The notes under the pieces: model-generated
Database searches by the model: none
What the model was told of the DNA's origin: nothing
What the model saw: only the letters and a program-made list of their open reading frames with translations
In this document: positions 39,140-52,420 of the stretch, piece by piece
How the letters are laid out: the number at the start of each line of letters is the position of its first letter
Numbering within the stretch: the first letter of the stretch is position 1
Made by a program: the position numbers and the translations under genes
Assembly: GCF_001194135.2 (NCBI RefSeq)
Contig: NC_068985.1
Location: forward strand, 69,322,997-69,386,996
Length of the DNA stretch: 64,000 nt
DNA from: Octopus bimaculoides
Taxonomy: Eukaryota
Direction of reading: 5' to 3'

Positions 39140-40980
39140 AAGGTGTTTTGGAAAGTGGTACCGGCGGTAAGACAGGTGGTTGGAGGAAGAGAAAAAAGGG
39201 TGAAAGAGTAAATGAAATTTGTTGAAAGGAAGAGATGGACAGAGTATTTTAGTGAGCTGTTAAATGTTGAGGATGTTAGGGAAGCAAGTATAATAGTTGT
39301 AGGGGGAGAGAGAGAATGCCTGTTGTTGGGGAATGGAACTACAGTCAATTGGAAGAGGAGGGGAGCAAATCCCTGCGAGAGATGGCAAATTGGAAGACGC
39401 CATGTATAGATGGATGTACAGTGGAATGCCCAAAGAAAAGAGCAGTAACAGTGATTCAATGGTTAGTGAGGTTTATGAATGTTTGCTATATGCCTGGAAG
39501 AGTACCAAAGGACTGGTGCAGTGCCGATATAGTGCCACTGTACAAGACGAAAGGGATAAATGTGAGTGTGTAAATTGTAGGTGTTTAAGTCTGTTGTGTG
39601 TGGTTGGTAAATTGTATGGAAGAATCTTGTTTTTTTGGCTGAGGAACCAGACAGAGAGTGTACTACAGGAGGAGAAGTGTGGTTATAGGAGTTGATGTGG
39701 GTGTACAGATCAAATATTCGTAGTGAGACAGATGTGTGAGAATTTTTTGGCAAAAAAGAGAGAGGTGTATTGGGCCTTTATGAACCTAGAGAAGGCATAT
39801 GACCAAGTGTATAGGGATGCAATGTGGCAGGTGTTGCGGTTATATGGAGTATATGGTAGGTTTTTGAGAGCTGTTCAGTGTTTTTATAGAGAAAGTAGAG
39901 GTGTGCGTTAGTGTAGGTTTTGAAGTAAGTGAGTGATTTCATGTGAAGGTGAATTTAAGACAGGGTTGGTGTAGTGAGAGAGGTAAATATTAGAACACTT
40001 GGTCGGGGAGCCCAAATTGTGAGAGAAAATGGAGAGAAATGGCAAGTGAGTCAGTTGTTTCTTGCCGATGATATAGCACTGGTTTCGGATTCGGAAGAGC
40101 GAATGAGGAGACTGGTAGCAGAGTTTAGAAGAGTGTGTGAAAAGAGGTAACTTAAAGCGAATGTAGCTAAGAGCTAGGTGATGAGATGTTAGAGAGATGG
40201 AATGTCTGGTAGGGTGGATGTGAGTATAAATCGTGAGATGTTAGAGAAAGTGAGTGTCTTTAAGTTTGTCTGAGGAGGTGAGATACAGAGAGGTAGGGGA
40301 GCAAGATACTTGAAGTTGTGAAAGGTATGCTAAGAAATAGAAGGTTCAGTATGAAAGCGAAAAGAAGTGTGTATGAGAGCGTGATTGTGCCGACAATGTT
40401 ATATTTGTGCAGAAACGTGGGTCTCAGAGTGGCGGAAAGGAGTCGACTAGGTGTATTTGAGATAAGATGTCTGAGAGTTATGGTTGGTGTGACACGGATG
40501 GACAGGATGAGGAATGGGGACGTGTGAAGAGGAACAGGAATGATAGAAAACCTAACAGCCAAATTGGATAGACAAATGTTGAGGTGGTTTGGCCAGACGG
40601 AGAGGATGGATGAGGAGGGGATGGTAAGGAAGGTGATAAAGGCTGAAGTGGTAGGCAACAGAACCAGAGGTAGAATTCGGTTTGTGATGATGGATGGAGT
40701 GAGGAATAGCATTGGTGATCAGAGGTGTTGGAGTGAGAGAGGCAAGAGAGTTTATGAATGACAGGAAAGCTTGGAGAGTGTTAGTGGACGGATGAGTGAA
40801 TTTTGATGTTGCTCAAAGTAGTCCAGAACCAACATGGATAGGTGGGATTAAGCCAGCATATGATGTAGCCTCGCTGCTGATATTGGGGGTTGTGTTCTAT
40901 GCCTTGATACTATCATAGAACGGGACTTGCCCCTTTGAGGTGGGAAAGAAATGGAAGGCCTAAAAATGGGGAATAGGCCT
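39140..40980 (+). mobile_element. 5'-truncated RTE-clade LINE (RT and 3' UTR), decayed
   Basis: RWTEYFSELLNVED, VPKDWCSADIVPLYK, LSLLCVVGKLYGRIL, QEEKCGYR, AFMNLEKAYDQVYRDAMWQVLRLYGV, LRQG, QLFLADDIALVSDSEE, LRWFGQTERMDEE; ends next to (TATC)n. Confidence 0.93.
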
Positions 40981-40981
40981 G

Positions 40982-41038
<57 letters not shown>
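40982..41038. repeat. (TATC)n tetranucleotide microsatellite
   Basis: About 14 units. Confidence 0.98.
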
Positions 41039-41290
41039 CTTTATGGAAAACGCGATCACTTTCTCTTATATTTGACATACATACGCAAATGGCCGCACCA
41101 AAGCGCGAAGTAAATTAGATGTTTGCTGGTACTAAAGCCTTTTATTCAAGGACATTAATACTGAGCTGCAGCAACACACGTGACAGTAAAGTCTTTCTCG
41201 ACAAAGCTTTTAAAATATAACAGCAAAATTGAGTCGGACTAAGGCTTTGTTTATTTAAGCATTATATGATGAGTCACGAAAGTCTTCACA

Positions 41291-42143
41291 GATCACCCTT
41301 TTTCCTTTCGTGGAGTTTACAAATGTGCAGAGAATATCCCCCTCCCTGGTGTACATACTGCCCAACGTATGGTAACACAGAGGAAGAGATAGCAGTGAGA
41401 ACAACAACAACAATATCATGAAGCATGTGACATGCCATCTACTTTCTGAAACAATAATGCTTTATATCCGTTAAAAAGTTAAAACCATATATAAGGATGA
41501 AGGTAAATGGCAGAGATGTGCGGGAGATAAAATTATATGAAAATTGAAAATGTAAAACAAACCAAATTCAAATATGTTCAACATTTAGTGAGATAGTACG
41601 AGGAGTCATTTTTCTGTGAACAAGAGTCCTATTCAGGTGATAGAGTGTCTTTTTCCTGCGCAATGGACATTATCAATGGTGAGAAATATTACAGATTCTT
41701 CTATCTATATGCGTCTTGCACTAGATCTTTAGCAACAGAGAAAGTACGAGGAGTCATTTTTTTCTATCTAGAAGAATCTGTAATATTTCTCACCATTGAT
41801 AATGTCCATTGCGCAGAAAAAGGTCACTCGATCACCTGAATAGGAGTCTCGTTCACAGAAAAATGACTCCTCGTAATATCTCTGTTGCTAAAGATCTAGT
41901 GCAAGATGCATATGAATTACAAGTTCAACTAGCTATTCACCCGAACATGCTGACCGATGAGGAGTTTTGTTCAGAGTAAAACACACATGCACACATGCAC
42001 AGATATACAAACACACACACACACACATACACAGCACGTAAAACCGATTGCAGCTAAAGGTCGTACTTAAGATATTTTACATGCGAGCAAACTGATCGCC
42101 CTTTTCCTTTCGTGGAGTTTACAAATGTACAGAGAATATCCCC
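41291..42143 (+). repeat. 51-bp direct repeat pair (41291-41341 / 42094-42143)
   Basis: GATC[A/G]CCCTTTT(T)CCTTTCGTGGAGTTTACAAATGT[G/A]CAGAGAATATCCCC: 2 substitutions and 1 indel; followed in both copies by CTGGTGTA[C/G]ATAC. Confidence 0.95.
41588..41913. repeat. Permuted inverted duplication A-B-a-A'-B'
   Basis: A (41597-41703) is the reverse complement of 41769-41875 (6 mismatches in 107 bp). B (41707-41741) is the reverse complement of 41879-41913 (1 mismatch in 35 bp). 41744-41761 repeats the start of A. Confidence 0.97.
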
Positions 42144-44404
42144 TGCCAAGAGGCATGGCTGGTGTAGATACAATAATAATACATTCGCAGGAACGGTTGC
42201 TAGATGCACGGAACTATACAATGGTACCATACAAAAAGACATATATCTGGCCCAGGCCGCCAAGCTTATTAGACGGTAAAATTCAGGGGCAGAAAGACAA
42301 GAAAACTGTATTTTATAAACGTGTTTCCATATGCATAAACCGCCGGAGACAGCAGGTCGGGCGGAGGTGGAAGGAACGCTGGAAAAAGCGATGACTGACA
42401 TTTAGCATATCTCGAGAGCCAAGAAATTTTCGGATATTTCAGTGAACATCAGACTGAAACTCTGACCGTCTCGAACACGTGGAATCTCGAGCCCGTGGTT
42501 CACTTTGGTGCAAAAAACGTTCTCCAGCCACCGTTTCGATGAACAAGGACAGTGAGAGTGAAGATCTTAGAAATGCCATCTGACGTAAATGTATGGTGTA
42601 TTGTAGTGTGCATTTAATTGAAAGAGATTCAGACTCCTAGAGTGCTTGCTCTCCCACTTCTTGTGAAAGCGACATCCTCCGTTTGTCAAACGGTCCATAC
42701 GCTTACAGCAGCCATTGGGCTAATTATGTGCAGGCATGCGCTTACGATGCGACATCTCCGGCGTCTCATTGAGACTGAAGCATGTATTCACCGTTTGCTA
42801 GACAGTATTTTCCACATCTCGTCTCATTGATAGAACTACAGTCCTTGATTAATTGTAGACGAGAAAGAGCGTCAATTGGCCAAGCGGTCGGTGGAAGATT
42901 CAAATCTGAGTTCTATAGAAGAATGTGAATCAGCCCACTCTGAATATGCATCTGAAGGCCTAAGGATAGGGTGGGACTAAGGAGGAGAGAGGTGCTCACC
43001 TGAGATGTCTTTTGTAGTCGGGGTGACCGAAATGTGTGAGATTTCGTAGTTTACATGATGTGAAAATGCCGATGATGATATTTTAGATGCAATAACGTTA
43101 ATTACAGCAATGGTTATAGTATCATAAATGTAATTACAGAGAAAATTATTACAAAATGAGAAGAATGATAGCGAGCATTTAGCTGCGACAATAACGCTGC
43201 TGGATAAGACGATTATTTTATATGATAAATACAATGATAGTGATACTTATCGTATAAGAAAAAAATTATTCATGGTTTGAGTGACAATAGTCATGATACA
43301 ATAATAACAATTGTCTTCGTCATCATTCTATATACATATACATGAATAAACAGCTTCCTAAGTTCTTCTTAGCATCCACATATCGTTGTTTGCAAACCAG
43401 GAAAAAGTACCGAAACCACCATCAAATAAACGATTTTCTTTCTCTGTAACTAAGGTAACTACTTATTTGGTCGATGAATACTAAGCAATCTTCCTCATTT
43501 TAAAATGTCAGTTATTTGAAACTGCATTCATAAAACGAGATTCAGTTTATATATTTTATTTCCACCTCTGGGAATTTTCATTGGTATAACACTAGAAATA
43601 AAAAAAAATATCTGTAGCGCGGAAGGAGAGAAAACTGATCTGGTATTACACATGAATAAATATATGTGCAACACATGAGCATGTACTAATTCAGGCGAGT
43701 GTTGTGTAAGGGTAAGCACGCTTAGCTTAATGCTGGTGAGGCATAAACTAGAAAGTATATTTTATGGGCACACATATATATATCACTTTTGTCTGCAATG
43801 CTAGAAAGAATGTGTTGGTACATGTGTAAACACAGGCACCGCGCGCGCGCACACACACACATACATGAGATATGTCTGTGCGTGTAACTTTATTATTGAT
43901 TGTAATACCATTGTTACAGTTGTTGCTGTTGTATGATATATACATATGTACACGATTGTGGATATGCATGTGTTTACCCTTGCATTTGTGCATATGTGTG
44001 CCTGTATAGTAATACAACAAAATACGAACAAAAGTACGTACTCAGGTCTACTAAAATGCTGGGCCAATTTTCATGGGATTATATATGGTCACTGGATATG
44101 CAAGAAGTAGCACAGAATCACATTCGAATCGCACCTTAGCGTCTTTACATTGCAGAGATCCATATAACACTTTTCTATATAACTGACTCCAAGCGGGATT
44201 GGCAACGCAACGTCAAATAACAGAGGATTTCTCGATCGAATCTAAAGTACGTCAAACAACATCAACTGAAAATTCCTATTCGAAAAGCATCGATCAGTTT
44301 TTAACAGAATGATGAATCAATAAACAAAGAACAGTGTCCTGAGCGAAGCACTTCATTGTATCTACTGTACTTTTTCAAAGCCAATATCGCAGTTGTTACA
44401 AGAT

Positions 44405-44620
44405 GGTGAGCTGGCCGAAACGTGAGTACGTCGGGTGAAATGCTTAGTGGAATTTCGTATATCTTTACGTTCTGCGTTGAAAAGTCCCGCAGCGATCGAC
44501 CTTGCCTTTCACCCTTCCGGGCTCGATAAATTAAGTGCCAGCGGCGTACTGGGGTCGATCTAATCCACTGGCACCCTCCCCCACAATGTTCGTACCTTGT
44601 GCCTGGAGTAGAAAGAAATA
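44405..44620 (+). mobile_element. Family-1 SINE, near full length
   Basis: GGTGAGCTGGCCGAAACGTGAGTACG..GAAATGCTTAG..TACGTTCTG..CGACCTTGCCTTTCACCCTTCCGGGCTCGATAAATTAAGTGCCAG..CTGGGGTCGATCTAATC..CCTTGTGCCTGGAGTAGAAAGAA. Confidence 0.88.
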
Positions 44621-44624
44621 TCGA

Positions 44625-46900
44625 AGTTGTTACTGTATTTTATGTCTTTCTCAATCCACTGCAATTTTCCTTTCTGTGTAGGTAGCCCCTGCCGATATTT
44701 TCAGTACGTGTTATGCATTGTCAGCAGCTTCTTAGTTCTCAATTCTGTTATCTTTGCTTTCCTTATCTATGACTTTGCCACTTTTATTGAAGGAGTAATG
44801 TATCTTATTACTGGAATGAGTGATGATTTCATTGCTTTGATATTTCCTGCATTTATACTGTTTAGAGTACATTCCAGAATTTCTATTTCAGTTTCGAGAG
44901 TCTCTCTCTCCCATTTCCCCTTCTTTATCCTATTATCTCATATCATACCTCGGTACTTGTGTCCTTCGTTATTTCTCAACTTTGTAATGGTATTATTTTC
45001 TGGAAATTTTATGGCATCAGAGTTTATATCGCAGTCTATCTTCATATTTAACTCTCTGCATTTATATACTCCAAACTGCATCTCAATATCCTTGATTAAT
45101 ACCTATACTGTGTGGATTAGAGTATCCAGATTGTTTTCAATTTTTGCATTTCGCCTTTTTTCCAATCCACAGTTCATGTTCTATAACTGATTGTTGCTGT
45201 TCTTTCATTACTTCGATATTATTTCTTGAATTGCATACCCCCTGCTTACAATTTGCTCCATCTCTTCAAGGTTTATATCGTTTGCCGAATTCCCAAATAC
45301 ATATACACTAGTCATTTTATCAACTGATTTCTTTGTCTGCACATTTAACATTCAGAATACCTGACTTCTTTCATACCTTTCCCTCGTTTCGTTTCCAAAA
45401 TAGCGGTCCTTTCGGAACCGAGTTCCATTACTAGATCATATGAGAAAATTGCAATACCAAGCAAAATATTATCTAGCTGCTTCTCAATTTTGGCATAAAC
45501 CTTTCAATCATCCATGAACACGTGATTAATTGACCATACTCATATTTTTCAAAAGCTATTTTGATTTACTGTAATATCGGACTGTGCACTATCATGATCA
45601 ATATAAATTGTAACTTTGAAAGTTATCACATCTAATATCCACTTTCACAAACTGTTTCCTTCATCAAAGTCAGTCCGCTAATATTTCACGCTTTCCTTTA
45701 CCAGTTACTTAATGTTTTCTGTCATTTCATACATAGTCATTATTTTACTTATCAATCTCAGCGGCATCGAGCCACATTTTTGTTTTTGTAATGCAACCAT
45801 GACACATCCTATTCCATCTATTTGTGTTTGACATTGTATCAACTAGAATCTGCTCCATAGTTGTCGTACTTAGTTTTCTGCACCCTTTCTGTTCCACTGA
45901 AAGTAAAATGTTATTTTCCACATGTTAATATAACTGTCAATTATAAGTGGCCTATACTCCGCGTTGGAGGGTTAAAGGCAAGAAAGAAAAGAAGTATAAC
46001 TGTCAAGACACTTGTCATAAACTTCCACATATGCATCAAACAAGTTGTAAGTCGAAAGTTTGTCGATAGTTTATCTTTCATTAGGTCGACCTTAATTTGA
46101 GAACTTGTTTCTGCTGTAGTCACTCGTGAAAGTGTGCTGTGATGATTTCGTCCCACCGTTTACATTTCGGTCTTGCACTCCATCGAGGCCGCATACATTC
46201 CAATTTGACAAGTTTTCAAACTTCAATCACACCGGTTACAGGTCAATATTGATATACTCTTGTAATTTCATAGTAATTTTTCTCTCCAACTCTGTTAGAC
46301 GCTGAGCACTTTGGATATATCTCACTGACCTACCCCAAATTTCTCCAAAACGCATATAGTCCTCCGCGCAAGGAATTACTTCCTTAAGCTTTTCTCTCTT
46401 TATTTCCCGAAAAAGTTGTCTTTTAATTAAATGAGACAAACTATTCTGTTTCAAACCATTGCATTTAATATCATGTGTTTCGCAGTATGTAATCGTTTTC
46501 ACCAAATATTTTACGTCGCAAATTTCTTCAACATTTATTATCATTCATCCAGCTTCACCATCGTCACTAGGTACATCATTTAAAAATCTCATTTCTTTAT
46601 ATCGTACCCCTTCATTTCCACTTACTATTTCTGGTGCTTCACACCATACCCGGTCATTTTCTTTCTCTATAATACAATCTTTAATTCGAATTGTCATTGC
46701 CTAGCGTATCTATAGTTGGTGGGGAAGCATACTCTCTCCATTTGATTCATGAAACAAATTTTCTTTCGCTCACTTCAGCCAAAATTCAATTGCCATCTGG
46801 TTTACTTCTATTACCTGGTTCATTTCTCTCACAGTGCATTTTGACTTCGATCCTATTCGTGATGAATGATTTGCAAACGACTTCTCGGAGCTTGACCACA
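44625..46900 (-). mobile_element. R4/Dong-like non-LTR retrotransposon, decayed RT and downstream region
   Basis: Minus strand gives LSNWNVCGLDGVQ, EQKGCRK, HKYRG and AGNIKAMKSSLIPVIRY..KITELRTKKLLTMH, matching R4-clade RT and thumb motifs. The 187-aa + strand ORF 44627-45190 is its antisense. Confidence 0.75.
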
Positions 46901-47204
46901 CGTTCCTAGTCCCTCTGACACAACAGCTATACTGCTGACAGTTATGGCCCTGCTGACGCAGTTATGAATAATTTAGTTTGATACTTCATGTTTGTATCTG
47001 GATTTTCAACTCCATTTGATACGATCACTAGTTGTAAAGTAGCGTTTCTAAGGTTGTGTAATAGCTAGTACATTTATGGGAACACGATCACTATGTGGGT
47101 TACCAACCCATTGGAAGAACGTCCTACACCACCTCATATATACACTGTTCGATGGCCGTTGATTCTCATGTGTTGCTCTACCTTTCAGTGGGTTTGGTTA
47201 TCCT

Positions 47205-47295
47205 TTCTTCTGAGTTCAAATCACATCGAGGTCGACTTTGTGTTTCATCCTTGTTATCGCCTAGCCCATTCCCCTAAAATTACTGGGCTTTTGAC
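47205..47295 (+). mobile_element. Internally deleted family-1 SINE
   Basis: TTCTGAGTTCAAATCACATCGAGGTCGACTTTGTGTTTCATCCTT joined to the 3' part CCCCTAAAATTACTGGGC. Confidence 0.7.
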
Positions 47296-48479
47296 AAAAT
47301 TTCAAAACAGTCCTCATCATCGTCTTCGTTGTGATCATCATTATCATCGTCATCATAGTCATCCTCGTGGTTGCTTTTGTTATTACTAATATCTATTACA
47401 ACTGTAAACGGAAATATATTTGACAAATATATAAAAAATAATGTCAAATACATTTTAACTGTTGCTGTTGCTTTGTTGATTCAGACTATGTTTTTCTGAT
47501 GTGTTTACTGTTTATAAGATTTCTGAATTTTTTACGGAAATGCAATTCTACTGATCTTCCATAGAATATATTATTGTACAGTGAAGGAATACATTCTATT
47601 CATAGTTTAAAACCTTTTTATATTTCTTGTTCACGTTTTGTATTAAGGTTTTCCATTTCTATGTTTGCAAACAAACAAGGTATAAAGATGAAATTATATT
47701 TCTGGAATAGAAATGATTACAAAAAGACACAGCAGCTCTTATGACACTCTACTACATTCTATATCAAATATTCAAACATAATGAACCAGAAAAAACCTTT
47801 TTGAATTTCGTCTTAATATCAGATATTCATAAAATTGCTACAGATGCATCAATAACGGTTGGAATTTTTCTTGTGTATAATTTGAAACCTTAGCATTGTT
47901 TGAGACTGCCAGAAAGATTCTGCATTATTAGAGGATCATGTCTACAATAAGAAGGTTGCCTCAAGTAAATTTATTAAGCATTTGCGATATTCAGAGTCCA
48001 TCATTCATTCACAAAACCAGATGCACCTCACTAACTCACAGAGAATATTACCAACTAGTTGAGAAGAATGATGCTCCATTCTAGCTCAGTATTTTCAGGT
48101 GCTCACTATGCTAAAAGATATTTCTTAGGCGTCAATAGAAGAGAAACAAAGAAATTTAAGTTCCTCACAATCTCCGGTGTATGTAAGAATGATATGGCTG
48201 GTGGTCAATATTTGTATTACTAGATGAATGTATAGAGTACCTAAATGGTGATTGAAGAATGTTTAGATGACTCCATTTCTAGTGATGAAAAAAGAACCTG
48301 TGATTTGCATCGTGCAGGATTTGACTATTAAAACAGATTGCAAGTTATTCGAGGTACATTGGTATATTCTAGTAGAGAAGCATGAACAGTAAAAATTAAG
48401 AGATGAAATTTTGACCTGTAAATTATTCATGGATAATCTATTTGGTACAGTCATAATGCACCATGATTCATTTGTACAC

Positions 48480-48520
<41 letters not shown>

Positions 48521-50625
48521 GAATTTATATCTTATTTAACATGAGTATACTATGGAAATTTTCTCATAGGAGCATATAAGGCTAAAAAGCACAAACGTGT
48601 TTCACGAAAACGAACATCATTCACTACTGGTCATGAACTTGCTAAATCATCTGTTTCCCTGCATTTCAACAGTATGAGATACCCTCAATAAGCGCTTGCT
48701 TAGAGAAATTTACCCTCTACTGATATATAGGGAAACAGTGATTAAATATTCATTGAGATTCCAAATAGTTGGCAGCTAAGGTAAAAATTCTCAATTAGTA
48801 ACGGAAACAATATTCAATGAGAATAACATTCTGTATATCTTACTTGACCTGAATGTACCACCGAAAGACACAAAATTGCTGTCTAGATTTGTCTAAGCAT
48901 TCTTGAAATCAAATAGTTAAAATAGAAATATTTCAGAGGTACGCCCTGGCGGTAGCCAATAGTTGTATGCAGAACAGATACTTTTCGGGCGTTTTGATGA
49001 TAATTTCGTGCACGGAGCATAATAATAATTTCAGTTAAAATACTTGGTCAAAGAAGAAAAAGATATCAGTATTGTTTCAAAGACTAATATCTTATTAATA
49101 ATTCCAGTTTTAACGACAGACAACACGAGATATGTTCACATCTCATTAGTTTACCTAGGGAACTACAAGTATTACATTATGTGCCTATGCAGTGATTAGC
49201 AACGCAGTAAGTAAAAATAAACACTGATAACGTGTTGGTGTGAAAATTAACATCCTTCAAAAAGATTAAATCACGTTCATTAATTAATCTGAATTCACAC
49301 CAGCATGAAACTTGTTAACGTCCTACATTGCATTGAAAAGAATCTAGGTCAGTAAAATAGCAAATATTTACCCTGGAGCGTTGTGCACAAGTGGCTAAAA
49401 TATGTGCCTACACTCCAAACAACCGCGCACATTTTGTTTAGCATTTATTCTTATTGGACCGCCCTGAAATTGTTGCTCCTTCCTTGAAACATACCACTAT
49501 TGATTACAGATGTTGGATTATGGAACTTCAAACTCATTACTAAAATATCCATTATACCTAGACTAGAAGAAGTGAAAACGATCACAAGAAGGCAGCTCTT
49601 CCGCAGACAAGTTCACACACGCAGGAAAATTGTGAAAGTAAATTTACTGCAGTTCTGTTTCATCCAGGTATTTTAGTTGACACGTTTGTATAATACATCA
49701 ACTGAGTAAATGTAAAGACGATTTTAAACTATGGTTTTAAATAGCAATACAAATAAACCATTTCAATGATATTTTGCTTATCTATAAATTAATAATGAAA
49801 CAACATCTTAACCAAAATCTTATTCGCTCCAATACGAACACGATGATTATGAGATATACAGTATAGGTACTTCAATCTGAAATAGGTGAAAGATAGTATT
49901 TTTCTCCACAAATTACTACTTGAAATTTTCTTTGCAAATTTAGAATTTATTTTTAAAACATTTGTTTGTATCTAGCATCATTTAAGTTTAACTATTTGTC
50001 TAGCAATATTTACATTGTTAAGGGAGTTCATGAATTAATATTGTCACTGTATTTCACTCTTATCTAGGACAATATTTACAAATGTCTACCTTCTGTTTTC
50101 TAACTTATTTGAGAGAGAATATTATTATTTATGAAGATCTTTCCTATATATTCCTGAAAACCGATTCACCATCTAGCCACTATATCTGCATTCGAAAATT
50201 AGAACATGGGTTAATGTGCTTTGTGATACACAAAGCTAGATTGTAGGACGGATGACGTCGGTTTGAATGCCTTTAGTTATTTGCCCAGCACGCCATGTTT
50301 TGGTCTGATGCATCGCATCATTATACTATTAAAATTTATTTTTGTGCACTGCAAGCAAGATTTCTGTAAAGTAATTTCAGGATATTGTCATTAAGAAACC
50401 CTTGTAACTGACAAGATTGAAAATAATACTCCTGTTTCTTTTTATTATTATTTTCTTTAAAAATCGCATCACTTTCATTTATATACATGATTCAGCCAAA
50501 TAAAGGGCATACAATGAATATACACTTATTTAAATCGACGTTATTCCAATGGTATATTGGATCATATGTTCACGAATATTACTTTAAAATATTGCTGACC
50601 AATTGTATTTACTATGGCAGAGGTT

Positions 50626-50790
50626 CTGAAACTTTTCACAGTGGTTCCCAACAGTAGTTACCAACCCTTTTATTGCAATGAGTTTCTCACGGACTCCTTG
50701 TAGTATGGTTATCCATATACATGTATATATGTGTGTGAAATTTTGAATTTAGTTCATGGACTCCCAGTACTGCCTTGCGGACCACCAAGT
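50626..50790 (+). mobile_element. Possible hAT-like MITE remnant
   Basis: CAGAGGTTCTGAAACTTTT and CAGTGGTTCCCAAC resemble hAT left ends; no matching right TIR found. Confidence 0.3.
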
Positions 50791-52420
50791 ATGCAATACT
50801 ACAATCAGTATTCTTGATTGTTCGATTGCAGCGGTTAATACATCTACATCAGTATCCTAAGACTATTAAATATTAAAGCACTTCATACAATTATTACACC
50901 GTTATAAGTCTCAACTCCTACTATGATGCAGAATTTTACTGATCATCGGAGAAAGTGCAGCCAGCCCAGTATCCCACACCATATTATTTGCAATTAGCCT
51001 ATGCATGTCATAAAGTCAATGCCGTTAAGTGATCCGCCAGCTGTCAGATTCTTGGCATATTCGAAATTATGCTGCTGAGAATCGAAACCAGTATTTCGGC
51101 GACAACATAGTCGTGTAAGACTGGGCGACCAAGGCTCAGCTAGGTTTGCATAAGGACAGCAAAGATTTAAATATTTAAAAGTTCGTATTCTAAATTTTGG
51201 AACAGCATAACATTAATATAATATAGCCTCTTAACGCTAGAAAATTAATGAAGTAGTTGAAAAAGCCTAAACATTCCCATAGGAAAGTGTGAGTGGTACA
51301 TCCATTATATTGATGTAATATCAGAATAAATTATACTTTCCTATGTATATTCTACCAATGTACACACAAGACCGCAAATTTAAAGAGAAGGTATGTACTG
51401 ATTACAAAAGCTTCCAACGCTTTAATAAGGTTCCTGAAGTTTAAATTGCGAATTCTGAAGTAATGTCAAGGACGGCAGGACTTCAAGTCAAAATATAGAA
51501 CGACGTACATAACATTAATACTAATCGTCTAACATCTAGTCAATTTTGCAACTCATAGTCATTCATTAATAATAATGAATGTAACTAAACCGATGAGTGA
51601 ATTACTACCTAGCCAATCGACTTATAAGAAACAGAATTCAGATCGCACCCAACTGGCATAAACAGGGCATGTTTTATACAATGCAAGCTCCGATGCATAA
51701 ACATACAAGATGTTCATAGTTGTATGCTCTTCAATAATACTTCTACTCATCCGGATTTTCGTGTTAGAAATATTAGGTAACACTTCTTAAAACTAGTGCT
51801 TGGATAACGAAGAGAAATACTGGGCCATGTAGTTCTTCATACCCAGTGCTCAGGAAAATGGACTGTTCACAGCTAAAACTCCTTTGCTCATGCGCTTTCT
51901 CAGTCACAGCTACACTGGCAAATATCCACCGCAATCGTATTTAAACTAAACTTTGTAATAATTACGTACAACAGAGGTTGTTAGCTCATTTGCTTTCCTC
52001 TCCCATTTCAACGTAAACTTCTAAAAAAATATTTTTGCTTCTGTAACCAAGTGCGTTCAAAATAAATTTATGCAAATAAAATACACTGCAATAACTCCTT
52101 TAATTATTCTTTTATGTCGTATACTGAAATAATTTCAGAAATGCATGTTTTTTTTTTTTTCGATGAACATTATTTTTTTAAAGTCATCACTGAGGTACTG
52201 CATATATAGATTTACATTCACCCTATCTCACTCTCTCTGACACATACACACACACACACACGCACTCATTCACGCTGGCACAGTCGCAAACACGTATATA
52301 CAAGTATGCGCGCACATATGCGGTCATACGCATAAACAGGTTGTTACTGAGTAGTTTAACCCGAAGGATTAACATTACGGTTGTACACGCACTCACACAC
52401 ATACACATACACACACACAT

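Noticed and set aside
44627-45190. 187-aa hydrophobic ORF that looks like a membrane protein
   Set aside because: It is the antisense frame of the R4/Dong-like remnant, whose motifs are on the minus strand.
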